DNA of 64,000 nt from a virus. The stretch spans positions 12,294-76,293 of IMG/VR virus record IMGVR_UViG_3300028030_000011. One strand, given 5' to 3'. Under the pieces are notes generated by a model. That model searched no databases and was not told the origin of the DNA. It was given only the letters and a program-made list of their open reading frames with translations. Made by a program: the position numbers and the translations under genes. This document shows, piece by piece, positions 1 to 10,115 of the stretch (positions within the stretch are counted from its first letter, which is position 1; each line of letters opens with the position of its first letter).

Positions 1-144
1 AGAGCTTTTAGACACCTGATAATGCTACGACAAGGCAAAGAGGTTTATAAGCCATTCAGAGAGCTTGTGAGAGCATTAATCGACAATATGCCAACAGAGT
101 ATGAATATCTTATTGAAGATTTATGTTTAGCTAAAGGAGATTAA
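1..144 (+). CDS. thyX: 3' end of a probable flavin-dependent thymidylate synthase (partial)
   Basis: Frame 1 reads RAFRHLIMLRQGKEVYKPFRELVRALIDNMPTEYEYLIEDLC...*, resembling the C-terminus of Campylobacterota-type ThyX; only 47 aa visible. Confidence 0.55.
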   Translation, partial: RAFRHLIMLRQGKEVYKPFRELVRALIDNMPTEYEYLIEDLCLAKGD

Positions 145-146
145 TA

Positions 147-509
147 ATGAAAATCAAAACACTTGAAAAACTAATGACTTATGATGAAGCATTGGAGTAT
201 ATTAATAATCATCAAGATTATAGATTTCCAACACTAGAAGAAGCAAGAGAATTAGATTATGAATATCCATACTGGGTAGAAGGTGAAAAAAAACCTGATA
301 TGGATTATGACAATGTTTTTCTTGCTCTTACAAATATGGGAGCAAGAAATGTTCTTTATAGATTGAAAATTGTAGTTATAAAAAAAGAAAGAACAATATA
401 TGTTGCTATAAAATTTAAAAATGCATTCAGAATGTTATTGACATCAATATTTGGAATCAAATATAATTTTATGATTGGAAAACAAGAGTATGAATTCGTG
501 AAAGAATAA
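147..509 (+). CDS. hypothetical protein
   Basis: 120-aa ORF with AAAGGAG RBS. Confidence 0.6.
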   Translation: MKIKTLEKLMTYDEALEYINNHQDYRFPTLEEARELDYEYPYWVEGEKKPDMDYDNVFLALTNMGARNVLYRLKIVVIKKERTIYVAIKFKNAFRMLLTSIFGIKYNFMIGKQEYEFVKE

Positions 510-511
510 TA

Positions 512-520
512 TGTTATAAT
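512..520 (+). promoter_or_regulatory. extended -10 sigma70 promoter (TGTTATAAT) upstream of helicase leader
   Basis: TGnTATAAT followed by a structured 200-nt leader. Confidence 0.55.
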
Positions 521-569
521 TTTTATGTTAAAACATAAGATTATCCTCTTCTTAATTGAAGAGGGTATT

Positions 570-666
570 AACTTTTTGAGGTTTACCAGACCATTGCAAA
601 TCTAGGAATATCACTTGGTATTCCTCAAAGAGTTTTCTACAAAAGATGTAATAGTCTGGTAAACTT
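570..666 (+). ncRNA. structured leader RNA (hairpin plus downstream antisense element)
   Basis: Stem 570-588/616-634; 579-598 is complementary to 647-666. Confidence 0.55.
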
Positions 667-726
667 ACTTCTTTTTTCTCTTTAAAAAAATATAAAATTA
701 CTATTGTTACTTTAAAAAGGATAACT

Positions 727-2532
727 ATGAAGATACAACTATACGATTATCAACAAGAAGCTGTTGATGAAATAGAATCAGAGTTTATGCTTGGTTCAAA
801 TAAAGTTATATTATCAGCATGTACCTCTTATGGAAAGACATTTACGTCATTATTCTATGCCATAGAGAATACAATGGGTAGGGTATTTATCTCTCTATCA
901 ATATCAGCTTTAGTAGACCAATTTATAGAATCTATCAACAAACTTGAATTTGAAGATTATGGAGTTGTTAAAAGAGGATATGAGCATCTATACAATCCAC
1001 AAGCTAGAATCCAAATAATTATGGATAATAGTTTTGTTAATAAACTTACTGATTTTGGTAGAGATTGTGAATTGCTCATTATAGATGAAATACATGTTAG
1101 AATAACTGGTGATAGGATGAAACAAATAATTGGTTGGTTACAACCTGAATATATTTTAGGAATGTCAGGTACACCTTATGATTCACGAGGATTCATTATA
1201 ACAGGTTTTACTACCATAGAGACAATAACACTTAAAGAGTTAACAGATAGGGGTAAATTGACTCCTATACGTTATTTTACTACTAAATTTGCAACAGAAG
1301 AGGATTTATCTTGTTACACAATTAGTGGAGATGATTATAGTCAAGAATCTTTGTCAAATTTATATAGCTCTGATGAGTATATGCGTAAAATGGTAGATGC
1401 TTATAAAAACATTGGTGATAAAATTGATTTAAATCCATATAACTGTAAAAGTATATGGCTATGCAGCACTATAGAAGCTTGTAATAAGTTGGAGGCAAAA
1501 CTACAAGATAATGGATTTGAAATATATGCTTATCATGGTAAGTTATCAGATACTGAAAGTAAGCAGTTGATGCACTCATTTAGGACAGGAGAACCACTTC
1601 CACCACAAGCAAGAAATTTATTAAATTATAATACAAGAGAAGAAAATAGATATGTTAATGGGTTAATATCAGTTCAAAAGTTAGCTGTAGGATTTGATGT
1701 TCCTGACATAGATATTGGTGTTGCTTGTAGCACTACAAAAGTTCGTTCAAAAATTATGCAGTACTATGGAAGATTGTGTAGGAAATCACCAAAAAAAGAA
1801 ACAGCATACTTCTTAGACTTTGGTCAAAATATTATGCTCCATGGCTTTGCTGATGAAGATTATAAACCACTTCCACCTGATGCTGATGTTGAAGAGATAA
1901 AAGAAAACAAAAGAAAACATTCTCTTGAATATCTTGATATTGTGTTTGATGGTTCAATTGGTTTACTTGAAATAAATAGAGAATCATACGAACTTAAATT
2001 AAAAGAAATGAAACAAGAAGGCAAATCATTGTCTGAGTTAACAATAGAAGAGCTTAAGAATAAATTTGCAATAGAAGAAGATTATCTTGAATTGATAATT
2101 ATGATGTTTGCATTTGTAAATAAAGTATATGGGTATGACGGAAAAAATGATACTCGTAATTATAAATCAAAATCATGGGATAAGGAGAACAATAGAGAAA
2201 AAGAAAAGGTAAATTATAACTTTTATAATGAATCAAAAGTTGATTGGGTAAGTGAAACATGGATAAAACTTTTCGATAAATATGATGATAAATATCTTCA
2301 TAGAAAATGGACTAAAGCTCTTAAAACAAGAATTAGAAGTGTTGTAAATTCTCAAAAGAGTATCTATAGTATTAGATTCTTTGCAGAAAAGTTAGAAGAG
2401 TGGTATCTTGAAGAGCAAGATAAAGAAATTGAAGTAGTTTATGAACCATCTGAATTAGAGAAACAATTAGAACAACAATCACAAGATGTATTTGAATATG
2501 AAATAGAAATAGATGAATCTATTCCATTCTGA
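727..2532 (+). CDS. SF2 DEAD/DEAH-box helicase
   Basis: Walker A-like ACTSYGKT, DEIH, SGT, GFDVPDID, QYYGRLCR. Confidence 0.9.
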   Translation: MKIQLYDYQQEAVDEIESEFMLGSNKVILSACTSYGKTFTSLFYAIENTMGRVFISLSISALVDQFIESINKLEFEDYGVVKRGYEHLYNPQARIQIIMDNSFVNKLTDFGRDCELLIIDEIHVRITGDRMKQIIGWLQPEYILGMSGTPYDSRGFIITGFTTIETITLKELTDRGKLTPIRYFTTKFATEEDLSCYTISGDDYSQESLSNLYSSDEYMRKMVDAYKNIGDKIDLNPYNCKSIWLCSTIEACNKLEAKLQDNGFEIYAYHGKLSDTESKQLMHSFRTGEPLPPQARNLLNYNTREENRYVNGLISVQKLAVGFDVPDIDIGVACSTTKVRSKIMQYYGRLCRKSPKKETAYFLDFGQNIMLHGFADEDYKPLPPDADVEEIKENKRKHSLEYLDIVFDGSIGLLEINRESYELKLKEMKQEGKSLSELTIEELKNKFAIEEDYLELIIMMFAFVNKVYGYDGKNDTRNYKSKSWDKENNREKEKVNYNFYNESKVDWVSETWIKLFDKYDDKYLHRKWTKALKTRIRSVVNSQKSIYSIRFFAEKLEEWYLEEQDKEIEVVYEPSELEKQLEQQSQDVFEYEIEIDESIPF

Positions 2533-2548
2533 TAACAAGGAGTAAACA

Positions 2549-3373
2549 ATGGAAACATTAGAAAAAATATATAAAGAGATAATTCTTAATTCTACTCAAT
2601 ATAGTGGAGAAAAGAAGAAACGACAGAAGATACTTAGTGCATCACAACTACTTATTGACCCTATAGCATGGAGATTAAAGTATGAGCATGGTGTAATTGA
2701 GAGAGATAATATAGGTCAAAATACTATAGGTTCACTATTGCAATTAGGTATAGATGAATGCGTTGACAAATATAATAAAAAACATACTGAAATACATGCA
2801 TTATATGCACAAAGATTTACAGCTACATTGATAAATGATTTTACTCTATCAGGAGAAATTGACCAATTGATAGAAGTAGATGATACTCTTTGGATTATTG
2901 ATAATAAACTTATTAAACATGGTAAATTTGAACAAATCAAAAAAGAAGGAGCTTATAATGAGTATGCATTACAGGTAAGAGCATATAAGTATTTGCTACA
3001 ACAATATGACCATTATAGTAAATATAATATTCGTATGGTTTTATTTCTCTGGTTCAAAGATGGTACAAAATTTGGAAAAAAACCTTTAACTGATTATGAA
3101 TTGTATGAGATAGAAGATAATTTCTCTAATAGTGAGTTTGAAAAAGAGATATTATACCCAAAAGTATTAGACCTTGAAGAGTCGCTTGTTATCCCTAGTG
3201 AAAATTTAGAACAATGTTCTAATTTGTTTTGGAACAATAGAGGAAAAGGAGAGAAATCAGAACCATTCAAATGTATGTATTTCTGTGATTATAATAAATA
3301 TTGTCCTCATTATAAAAAATATAATAAAGGTGCAGGAAGAAAAAATCTAATTAATTTAATAAGTAAATTATAA
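2549..3373 (+). CDS. PD-(D/E)xK (Cas4/RecB-like) exonuclease
   Basis: GEID...IIDNK, QVRAY motif, C-terminal Cys cluster CMYFCDYNKYC. Confidence 0.8.
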   Translation: METLEKIYKEIILNSTQYSGEKKKRQKILSASQLLIDPIAWRLKYEHGVIERDNIGQNTIGSLLQLGIDECVDKYNKKHTEIHALYAQRFTATLINDFTLSGEIDQLIEVDDTLWIIDNKLIKHGKFEQIKKEGAYNEYALQVRAYKYLLQQYDHYSKYNIRMVLFLWFKDGTKFGKKPLTDYELYEIEDNFSNSEFEKEILYPKVLDLEESLVIPSENLEQCSNLFWNNRGKGEKSEPFKCMYFCDYNKYCPHYKKYNKGAGRKNLINLISKL

Positions 3374-3383
3374 AGGAAAAATT

Positions 3384-4226
3384 ATGAATAAAAAAAATAT
3401 AAGAAAAATGATTGAATCTAAAATGAATAAATGGGTTAATTCTATTACAGATGAAGATTTAGTGCAAAGATTAAGACAAGATATTATTGTCACAGGTGGA
3501 TGCATTACATCAATGTATTTAAATGAAAATGTAAATGATTATGATATTTACATTTCGGATAAAAAAACGTTAATGATGTTAGCTCAATATTATTGTGATA
3601 GATACAATGATATTGAATATAAAACAGCTCGTAATAATGACATTAACTCATTTCAGAGAGCTGTAGTAAATATTGAAAATAATAGAATTGAAATTTATTA
3701 TAATAAAACTACATTAGAAGATTATGAGGGCTATCAAAATATTTCTATTAAAACAGATGATTGTATCTGTTACCCAATTATTATTACTCCAAATGCTATA
3801 ACTATTACAGAAGGCATTCAAATTATTACAAGATTCTATGGAACTCCAAATGATATTCATTCAAACTTTGATTTTGTTCATGCAACAAATTACTGGACAT
3901 ATAAAGATGGTTTAGTGTTAAGAGAAGAAGCATTAGAATCAATACTGTCAAAACAACTAAGATATATAGGTTCTAAATATCCATTAGCTTCTGTAATAAG
4001 AACTAAGAAATTCATCAAACGTGGATGGAATATTACAGCAGGTCAATATTTAAAAATGCTATTGCAATTAAACAAGATGAACTTAATGGATATTAGAACG
4101 CTTAAAGACCAACTAGAAGGAGTTGATGCTACATACTTTATTCAATTTATAGAAGCAATAAAAGATAGAAAAGATGTAGATGATACATTTATGAGTGAAA
4201 TTATTGATAAAATATTTGAGGATTAA
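3384..4226 (+). CDS. nucleotidyltransferase-like conserved phage protein
   Basis: VTGGCITS...NDYDIY signature, later FDFVH. Confidence 0.6.
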   Translation: MNKKNIRKMIESKMNKWVNSITDEDLVQRLRQDIIVTGGCITSMYLNENVNDYDIYISDKKTLMMLAQYYCDRYNDIEYKTARNNDINSFQRAVVNIENNRIEIYYNKTTLEDYEGYQNISIKTDDCICYPIIITPNAITITEGIQIITRFYGTPNDIHSNFDFVHATNYWTYKDGLVLREEALESILSKQLRYIGSKYPLASVIRTKKFIKRGWNITAGQYLKMLLQLNKMNLMDIRTLKDQLEGVDATYFIQFIEAIKDRKDVDDTFMSEIIDKIFED

Positions 4227-4229
4227 ATA

Positions 4230-6362
4230 ATGAAAATAGATGATATAGTAAATGAAATAATCAAGGCTGGTAAACGTAAAACAGACCCAATGATTATCAA
4301 AGCTACTCTTCTTTATTTTGGAGCTATCTTGTTAAATAGATACTCTATTAGAAAAAATATAGATACTCTTCCAAATAGAATAAATGCATATTTTCTTGTA
4401 TTTGCAGTATCTGGTTCAGGTAAAAGTTTTATAATAAAAATAGTTGAAAATTTATGTGATTTAGAATCTTATGCAAAACAAAGAAAAACTGTATATGAAT
4501 ATATTATGGATTTATCTGAATGTGAACCAGATGACCAAACAATAAAGTTCCTACAAGGTAATGCTTACTCTCTTGGAGTATCAGGAACAAAAGAAGGATT
4601 GTTTGAATATTGTAAAGCTTATACTACTAGTCAGTTTGGTTCTATAAACATTCAATCTGATGAGATAGGAGATAATATAAATAGTTCTAACGACCTTTTG
4701 AACCAGCTTAAACAGATGTATGATGGTAAACTTCAAAAGAAGATTATTAAAGGCTCAGAAGAAGATTTTCCTGATGATGATATACATGGAATAGTTTGTA
4801 ATTTTTATGGAACTGGTTCAAAATCAGCCATAGATGCAAAAGATAGAAAAAAGCTAACAAATCTTGTTAAATCAGGTATGTTTAGAAGAAGTATATGTAT
4901 TGATTCAAAATTACAAGTTGAGAAGAAAATAATGGAAGAAGTTAATTATGAACCAATTCACAAATGGTTCATAGATTTAAATTTAAAGCATAAAAAGTCA
5001 TTATCAAATAGACTTGAAAAGTATGGAATGATTGGAACTTTAGATACTTTTATAAAATTTAGCAATAAAGCTATAGAAAAAGTAGATGATATAGATAAGC
5101 TTCTTGTTCAAAGAGCTAATAAAGATAAAATCAATGACCTTAAACAGATAGATACAGGGTCACTTGATATGATTATTAATATTGCTTGTATCATTTCTTT
5201 TTTACAAGACGATAAAGAAGTTGAAACTATACATCTTGATACAGCGTATCAATTCTTCTTAGATACTAGAGAAACAGTAGAGAAAACATTTGATGATATT
5301 CATGCTCATGATGAAGCATATAGAGTGTTAAAGCTAAAAAGTTCTCTTACGCATAGTGAAATAATGGATATTAGTGGACTTGATATTATACCTAAAGGTA
5401 AAAACTCTTGGAAAGATACAATAGAATTAGTTCATGAGCTATGTTATCGTAATGGAGAATATCTTAAAGAGAGTAGTGGCAGGGTTAAACGATATACGAT
5501 TGAGCCATTACCTGAAACTAATTTAGACCACCTAATCTTTTCATTGTCTACTGACGATAGAGGTGCTAAAGCAATTGCATTTAATCCTGTAGAGCTTGAA
5601 TGGAATGATATTGAATATCTTGTTAAAAGTAACAAGGTTGAATCATTTACAACTTCTCATTATAAAGAAAGTAATCATACAGGAGATTATGGTCATAGAA
5701 AAGCAGAATATGCAATACAAGGGCAAAACGTAATAGCATTCGATATAGATAGTGGGTTAACAATAGAAAAGGCTAGAGAGCTATTTTCAAGCTTTACATA
5801 TTGTTTATATACAACAAAATCACATCAAACAGAGAAAGGAGATTATTGTGATAGATTTAGAATAATATTACCAACAAAACATAAATTTTATGTTACACCT
5901 GAACAACATAAAGAGATGATAAAAAATGCTGAAATGGTATTAGGGTTAAAAAGTAATGATATACAAACTAGAAATGTATCTAGGCTTTGGTTCACTAATC
6001 AAAATGCTGATGAAGTAATTATTAATGATGGAGAACTATTTGATATATCAGGAATGATACCTGATACTAATAAATCAGATAAGTTTTTACCAAAACTCAA
6101 AGAGATGATGTCTAATGTTAATCAGACTTGTGAAATGCAAGATGAAATAACCAATAGAATAAATGGATTTACTAGGTATGCAATGTCTGTAGTAGCAGTA
6201 GGTAATCTTAAAGATACACTATTTAAACTAGGAACTTTCTGTATTGATTTAGGTTATCCATTATGGGAACAAAAGATGATTGATTTTACAAGAACTATTG
6301 GCTCTCCAATGCATATTACAGAAACAACAATAAAATCTCTTAAATCAAAATATAAATTATAA
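4230..6362 (+). CDS. N4 gp43 (Dns)-like P-loop NTPase/primase fusion
   Basis: N-terminal SGSGKS and DE; C-terminal AEP-like FDID, YTTKSH, RFRIILP; 710 aa; precedes AAA and SSB as in N4. Confidence 0.7.
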   Translation: MKIDDIVNEIIKAGKRKTDPMIIKATLLYFGAILLNRYSIRKNIDTLPNRINAYFLVFAVSGSGKSFIIKIVENLCDLESYAKQRKTVYEYIMDLSECEPDDQTIKFLQGNAYSLGVSGTKEGLFEYCKAYTTSQFGSINIQSDEIGDNINSSNDLLNQLKQMYDGKLQKKIIKGSEEDFPDDDIHGIVCNFYGTGSKSAIDAKDRKKLTNLVKSGMFRRSICIDSKLQVEKKIMEEVNYEPIHKWFIDLNLKHKKSLSNRLEKYGMIGTLDTFIKFSNKAIEKVDDIDKLLVQRANKDKINDLKQIDTGSLDMIINIACIISFLQDDKEVETIHLDTAYQFFLDTRETVEKTFDDIHAHDEAYRVLKLKSSLTHSEIMDISGLDIIPKGKNSWKDTIELVHELCYRNGEYLKESSGRVKRYTIEPLPETNLDHLIFSLSTDDRGAKAIAFNPVELEWNDIEYLVKSNKVESFTTSHYKESNHTGDYGHRKAEYAIQGQNVIAFDIDSGLTIEKARELFSSFTYCLYTTKSHQTEKGDYCDRFRIILPTKHKFYVTPEQHKEMIKNAEMVLGLKSNDIQTRNVSRLWFTNQNADEVIINDGELFDISGMIPDTNKSDKFLPKLKEMMSNVNQTCEMQDEITNRINGFTRYAMSVVAVGNLKDTLFKLGTFCIDLGYPLWEQKMIDFTRTIGSPMHITETTIKSLKSKYKL

Positions 6363-6373
6363 AAGGAAAAAAT

Positions 6374-7078
6374 ATGGAAATTAAAAAATTAACTAATGAA
6401 CCACCTGAAACTGTAAATATTATCATTTTTGGTATTTCAGGGTCAGGCAAGACGAGAGGAGCTGTAAACGGTCTTGAAGATTGTTTGATTGTTGGATTTG
6501 AAAAGAACGGTCTTACATCTACTGAACCATCTCAAACAGCTGATATGGTAGAGTTTTTTGATGCTAGTGGAGTTTCAGAAGTATTAGAGATTGCTAATGC
6601 TGGTACATATAAGACTATTGTATTTGATGGGTTTACTCACTACTCTGAATATCTTGCTAAAGCTTTCCAAGAAATTGATGATAAAACATGGGGTTTAGAG
6701 TATACCAATTTTATAAGAGACTTCTTTGTGAACTTAATCAATTCTCCTACAAATATAGTGTTTACTATGTTAGAAGAATCTATTATCCAAGATGGGTATA
6801 AGTCTAAAGCTCCAACTATGGTAGGAGATAAATTTAGAAATACTATTGTTGCTAAAGTAGATATATGTCTTCATGCAGAGAAAATCAGTAATGATAATAG
6901 CATTTACAGATATGTATCAGAGGGAGATATTGTCGGTAAAAATAGATTAAAAAGATTCTTCCCTGAATCATATACTCATTTTGGTCATGGAACTCAAATA
7001 GAAACTGTTCAAGATATATTGGATGTGTTGAGTGGTTCAAAAGTTATCGAAGAAGAGAAAACAGATGAAACAGCGTGA
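6374..7078 (+). CDS. Sak4-like AAA ATPase (N4 gp44-like)
   Basis: GISGSGKT, IVFDG, terminal GKNR; synteny. Confidence 0.75.
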   Translation: MEIKKLTNEPPETVNIIIFGISGSGKTRGAVNGLEDCLIVGFEKNGLTSTEPSQTADMVEFFDASGVSEVLEIANAGTYKTIVFDGFTHYSEYLAKAFQEIDDKTWGLEYTNFIRDFFVNLINSPTNIVFTMLEESIIQDGYKSKAPTMVGDKFRNTIVAKVDICLHAEKISNDNSIYRYVSEGDIVGKNRLKRFFPESYTHFGHGTQIETVQDILDVLSGSKVIEEEKTDETA

Positions 7079-7646
7079 AAAAAAACCATTAGAATGGATG
7101 GCATGGAGTACATTTCTCAGAGAAGAGAAATTAGCTCCAAAGAAAGGTATTAATGCAGAAGTTATTATCGAAGAACTTGGTATTGAATGGCAAGTAGGTA
7201 GCTATAAGTTTAATAGAGATGATTTATATAAAGTTGTAAAACATTTTAAAATTAAACCTAAAGAAGAACCAAAACTATTAAATAGAGAAATTCAAGTATA
7301 TTTACTTGGTGATAACCATTATGCGTTTATAGTTCAAGATGATAAAAATAAAGTTAGTTCTGAGTTGATAACAGCTATAAGAATAGCAACAAATGACAAT
7401 AGTAAAAAGACTTTATTAAATCTAAAAGAAGGAGGATTATACAATGAACAAACATATCAATTATTAACATATTGGAAACAATTTAAAGCATTTATGGAGT
7501 TCCATTATGACATGGAATTAACAAATGCTTTTAGAGAAGAGATGGGTACTGTAAATGGTAGTAGAGTGATTATATTACCAATAGATGACCTTACAAATGC
7601 TATTATAGCAAAATTAAAAGAAACAAAAGGAAATGACAATGAGTAA
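7065..7646 (+). CDS. hypothetical protein
   Basis: ORF overlapping both neighbours; ATG at 7065 preferred over 7032. Confidence 0.55.
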   Translation: MKQREKKPLEWMAWSTFLREEKLAPKKGINAEVIIEELGIEWQVGSYKFNRDDLYKVVKHFKIKPKEEPKLLNREIQVYLLGDNHYAFIVQDDKNKVSSELITAIRIATNDNSKKTLLNLKEGGLYNEQTYQLLTYWKQFKAFMEFHYDMELTNAFREEMGTVNGSRVIILPIDDLTNAIIAKLKETKGNDNE

Positions 7647-8268
7647 ATTATTAGATGTATTAAATATTAGCAAAGAAGAGATTAGCAATGTAGAAGTAGC
7701 TGAAATTAGAGAAGGCAAAGAAATTCTTGATTCAGGTATATATAAAGGTACTATTGAACTATATCTATTTAAAACAAAAGAGACATCAGATGTGAAAATG
7801 CTTAAAACTAAAGCTACAATCATCATTGATGAAAGCGAACATATTCTTGAAACATACACTAACATTATCAAGAAAGATGGAAAAAGCAATGAATATGGTC
7901 TTAGAGATTTAGTTGGTTATCTTGCTGCTGTTGGAGTTGATATTAATGAAATTGAAACAACTCTTGTAGAAGAGAAATGCTATGGAAGTAAAAAAGAGTG
8001 TAATCAAATTAATCTTCCAAAGAAACAAGTTACAGTATTTGTTCGTAAAGTATTTGAAGAAGGAGCTGATTATCCTGATTACAATGAAATTGAAGGTATT
8101 TTTGATGAAAATGGTAATAATGCTAAAGGTGAAGACCAAATTGAAACATTTAATGCTAAAATTGAAAAGATGCCTGTGTTAAAGAAAAAAGCTAAAACCA
8201 AAGAATCTTCAAGTTATAACAAATCTATAGCTAAAGAACCATCTAAAAAAGCTAAATCATTGCTTTAA
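7633..8268 (+). CDS. single-stranded DNA-binding protein (N4 gp45-like)
   Basis: Synteny after primase and AAA; ILDSGIY, NEI motifs; basic tail ending KSLL. Confidence 0.65.
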   Translation: MTMSKLLDVLNISKEEISNVEVAEIREGKEILDSGIYKGTIELYLFKTKETSDVKMLKTKATIIIDESEHILETYTNIIKKDGKSNEYGLRDLVGYLAAVGVDINEIETTLVEEKCYGSKKECNQINLPKKQVTVFVRKVFEEGADYPDYNEIEGIFDENGNNAKGEDQIETFNAKIEKMPVLKKKAKTKESSSYNKSIAKEPSKKAKSLL

Positions 8269-8277
8269 GGGTCGAAT

Positions 8278-9840
8278 ATGACCTTTAAACCTACAAAGGA
8301 ACAGTCTCTTATTATAGAGGCTGTCAATGATAAAGTAACTCCTATAATAGCTATACAAGCTAATTCTGGCTCTGCGAAAACAAGTAGTTTGCTTATGTCT
8401 TTACAGCATGATTCTTGTTGGTTCAAAAGTGGTTTATTTTTAGCATTCAACAAGAAGATAGCAATGGAAAATGCTAAAAAAGTTCCTAACTATATTGAAT
8501 GTGTAACTCTTCATAGTTTAGCATATAAATATATTGTAAGACCATTGAGATTAAAAGTTAAAAACAATATTCAAGAGAGTGATTTTAATCATGAGAATAG
8601 TAAAGTTAGGAATAAATGTGTATGGCTAATGAACAAGTTTTGTACATCTAGGTATACAAAACTTGATGAATTTTTTGAAAGTATGAAAAATAAACCTAAA
8701 TCATTTTACAAAAAATTACTTAAAGATGTGATTATAGACATGGAAGAAGGCAAAAAGCCTATACCTCATTCAGTCTACATGAAACTATTTCATCTACATT
8801 TAGCAAGTGGTTCTGTTGATATGCCTGAATATGATTTGCTATTTTTAGATGAAGCTGGTGATATTAATGGTGTGTATCTGGAAGTATTTTTGCTTATAAA
8901 TGCAAAGAAAAAAGTAGCTACAGGAGATTCAAGTCAAAATATTTATGGCTTTAATCATACATTAAATGGATTAGAAATTCTAGTAAATGAGTATAGAGCT
9001 AAAGAGTTTTCTCTTAGTAAAACTTTTCGTTGCTCACATGAAATCAGTAAAACAATTCAGTCTTTTTGTGATAAATATATTGATGATGAAGTCTCCTTTA
9101 TTGGTACTAAAAACACTCTCACAGAACCAAAGACATTCATGTTTCTAACAAGAGGGAATAGAGAATTATTAGAAGAGATTTATACCTGTATGCTCAATGA
9201 TACAAAGTTTTCACTTGCTAGAGATGCTAATGCAATATTTGATTTGTTAATATGGTGCAAAAGCACTATTTACAATATTTATGAAGAGTATAAAGAGACA
9301 AATATTGAACCAGATATACCACAAGGGTATGAATATATTTGGAAAGAGTTTAAAGATGCAAAAGCAAATAGATATAGCTTTTCCAAATGGGTAAAAGAGA
9401 GAGCAAAAGATGATAAATTCTTTCCACAAGAATTAATTAGAACAATTGAATTGATTCGTGATTATAGTAGTAAAGACCTTATCTCTATGAAGCAATATTG
9501 CAAGGATAGAGCTAATAAAGACTCTAGGTATACTTTAGGTACTGTATTCTCTACAAAAGGATTAGAAGCTGATTGCGTGTATATAGGAGATAGTCTGAAT
9601 AAGTCAATGAAAGACTATATAATGAATCCTGATGAGTATACAGATGAAACAGAGGCATTTCTGTACTACACAGGATGTACTAGGGCTAAAAAATGGTTAA
9701 TCAATGCTGAGATACTCAGAAAAGAATATATAGGTAATGATGATTATTCTATTGTAGATGGTTCAAATATGAACTATGGAGTATTTAAGAGAATGATTGA
9801 TACTAAAGATAGTATCAATGAAAAATTTAAAGGATTGTAA
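8278..9840 (+). CDS. UvrD/Rep-like SF1 helicase
   Basis: ANSGSAKT, LAFN, LDEAGD, GDSSQNIYGF, TFRC, KGLE, YTGCTRAK. Confidence 0.9.
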   Translation: MTFKPTKEQSLIIEAVNDKVTPIIAIQANSGSAKTSSLLMSLQHDSCWFKSGLFLAFNKKIAMENAKKVPNYIECVTLHSLAYKYIVRPLRLKVKNNIQESDFNHENSKVRNKCVWLMNKFCTSRYTKLDEFFESMKNKPKSFYKKLLKDVIIDMEEGKKPIPHSVYMKLFHLHLASGSVDMPEYDLLFLDEAGDINGVYLEVFLLINAKKKVATGDSSQNIYGFNHTLNGLEILVNEYRAKEFSLSKTFRCSHEISKTIQSFCDKYIDDEVSFIGTKNTLTEPKTFMFLTRGNRELLEEIYTCMLNDTKFSLARDANAIFDLLIWCKSTIYNIYEEYKETNIEPDIPQGYEYIWKEFKDAKANRYSFSKWVKERAKDDKFFPQELIRTIELIRDYSSKDLISMKQYCKDRANKDSRYTLGTVFSTKGLEADCVYIGDSLNKSMKDYIMNPDEYTDETEAFLYYTGCTRAKKWLINAEILRKEYIGNDDYSIVDGSNMNYGVFKRMIDTKDSINEKFKGL

Positions 9841-10055
9841 TGAATTATGGATTACAAAAAGCAACTGAGGTTATGACTAAGGCAGACGCTATAGCCATTA
9901 AGCAAATAAATGGTGAACCTGTAATGTCTACATTGAGAATTGCTGAGGTAACAGGGAAAGAACATAGTGATGTGCTAAAAAGCTCTCGAAGAGTGTTTGA
10001 AGAGCTAGAATTAGCCGAGGGAAAATATTCCCTGAGCTATTTTGATGCAAAATAG
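9840..10055 (+). pseudogene. truncated Rha-family regulator
   Basis: MSTLRIAEVTGKEHSDVL...SYFDAK stops mid-Rha domain at a hairpin (AATAGGAGA...TCTCCTATT). Confidence 0.6.
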
Positions 10056-10115
10056 GAGAGTCCAAATTTAGCTTCTCCTATTTAAATCTGATACAAAAAC
10101 AATAAAAGGTAAATA

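Noticed and set aside
2549-3373. Cas4 as part of a CRISPR system
   Set aside because: No other cas genes or array; stand-alone Cas4-like exonucleases are routine in phage replication modules
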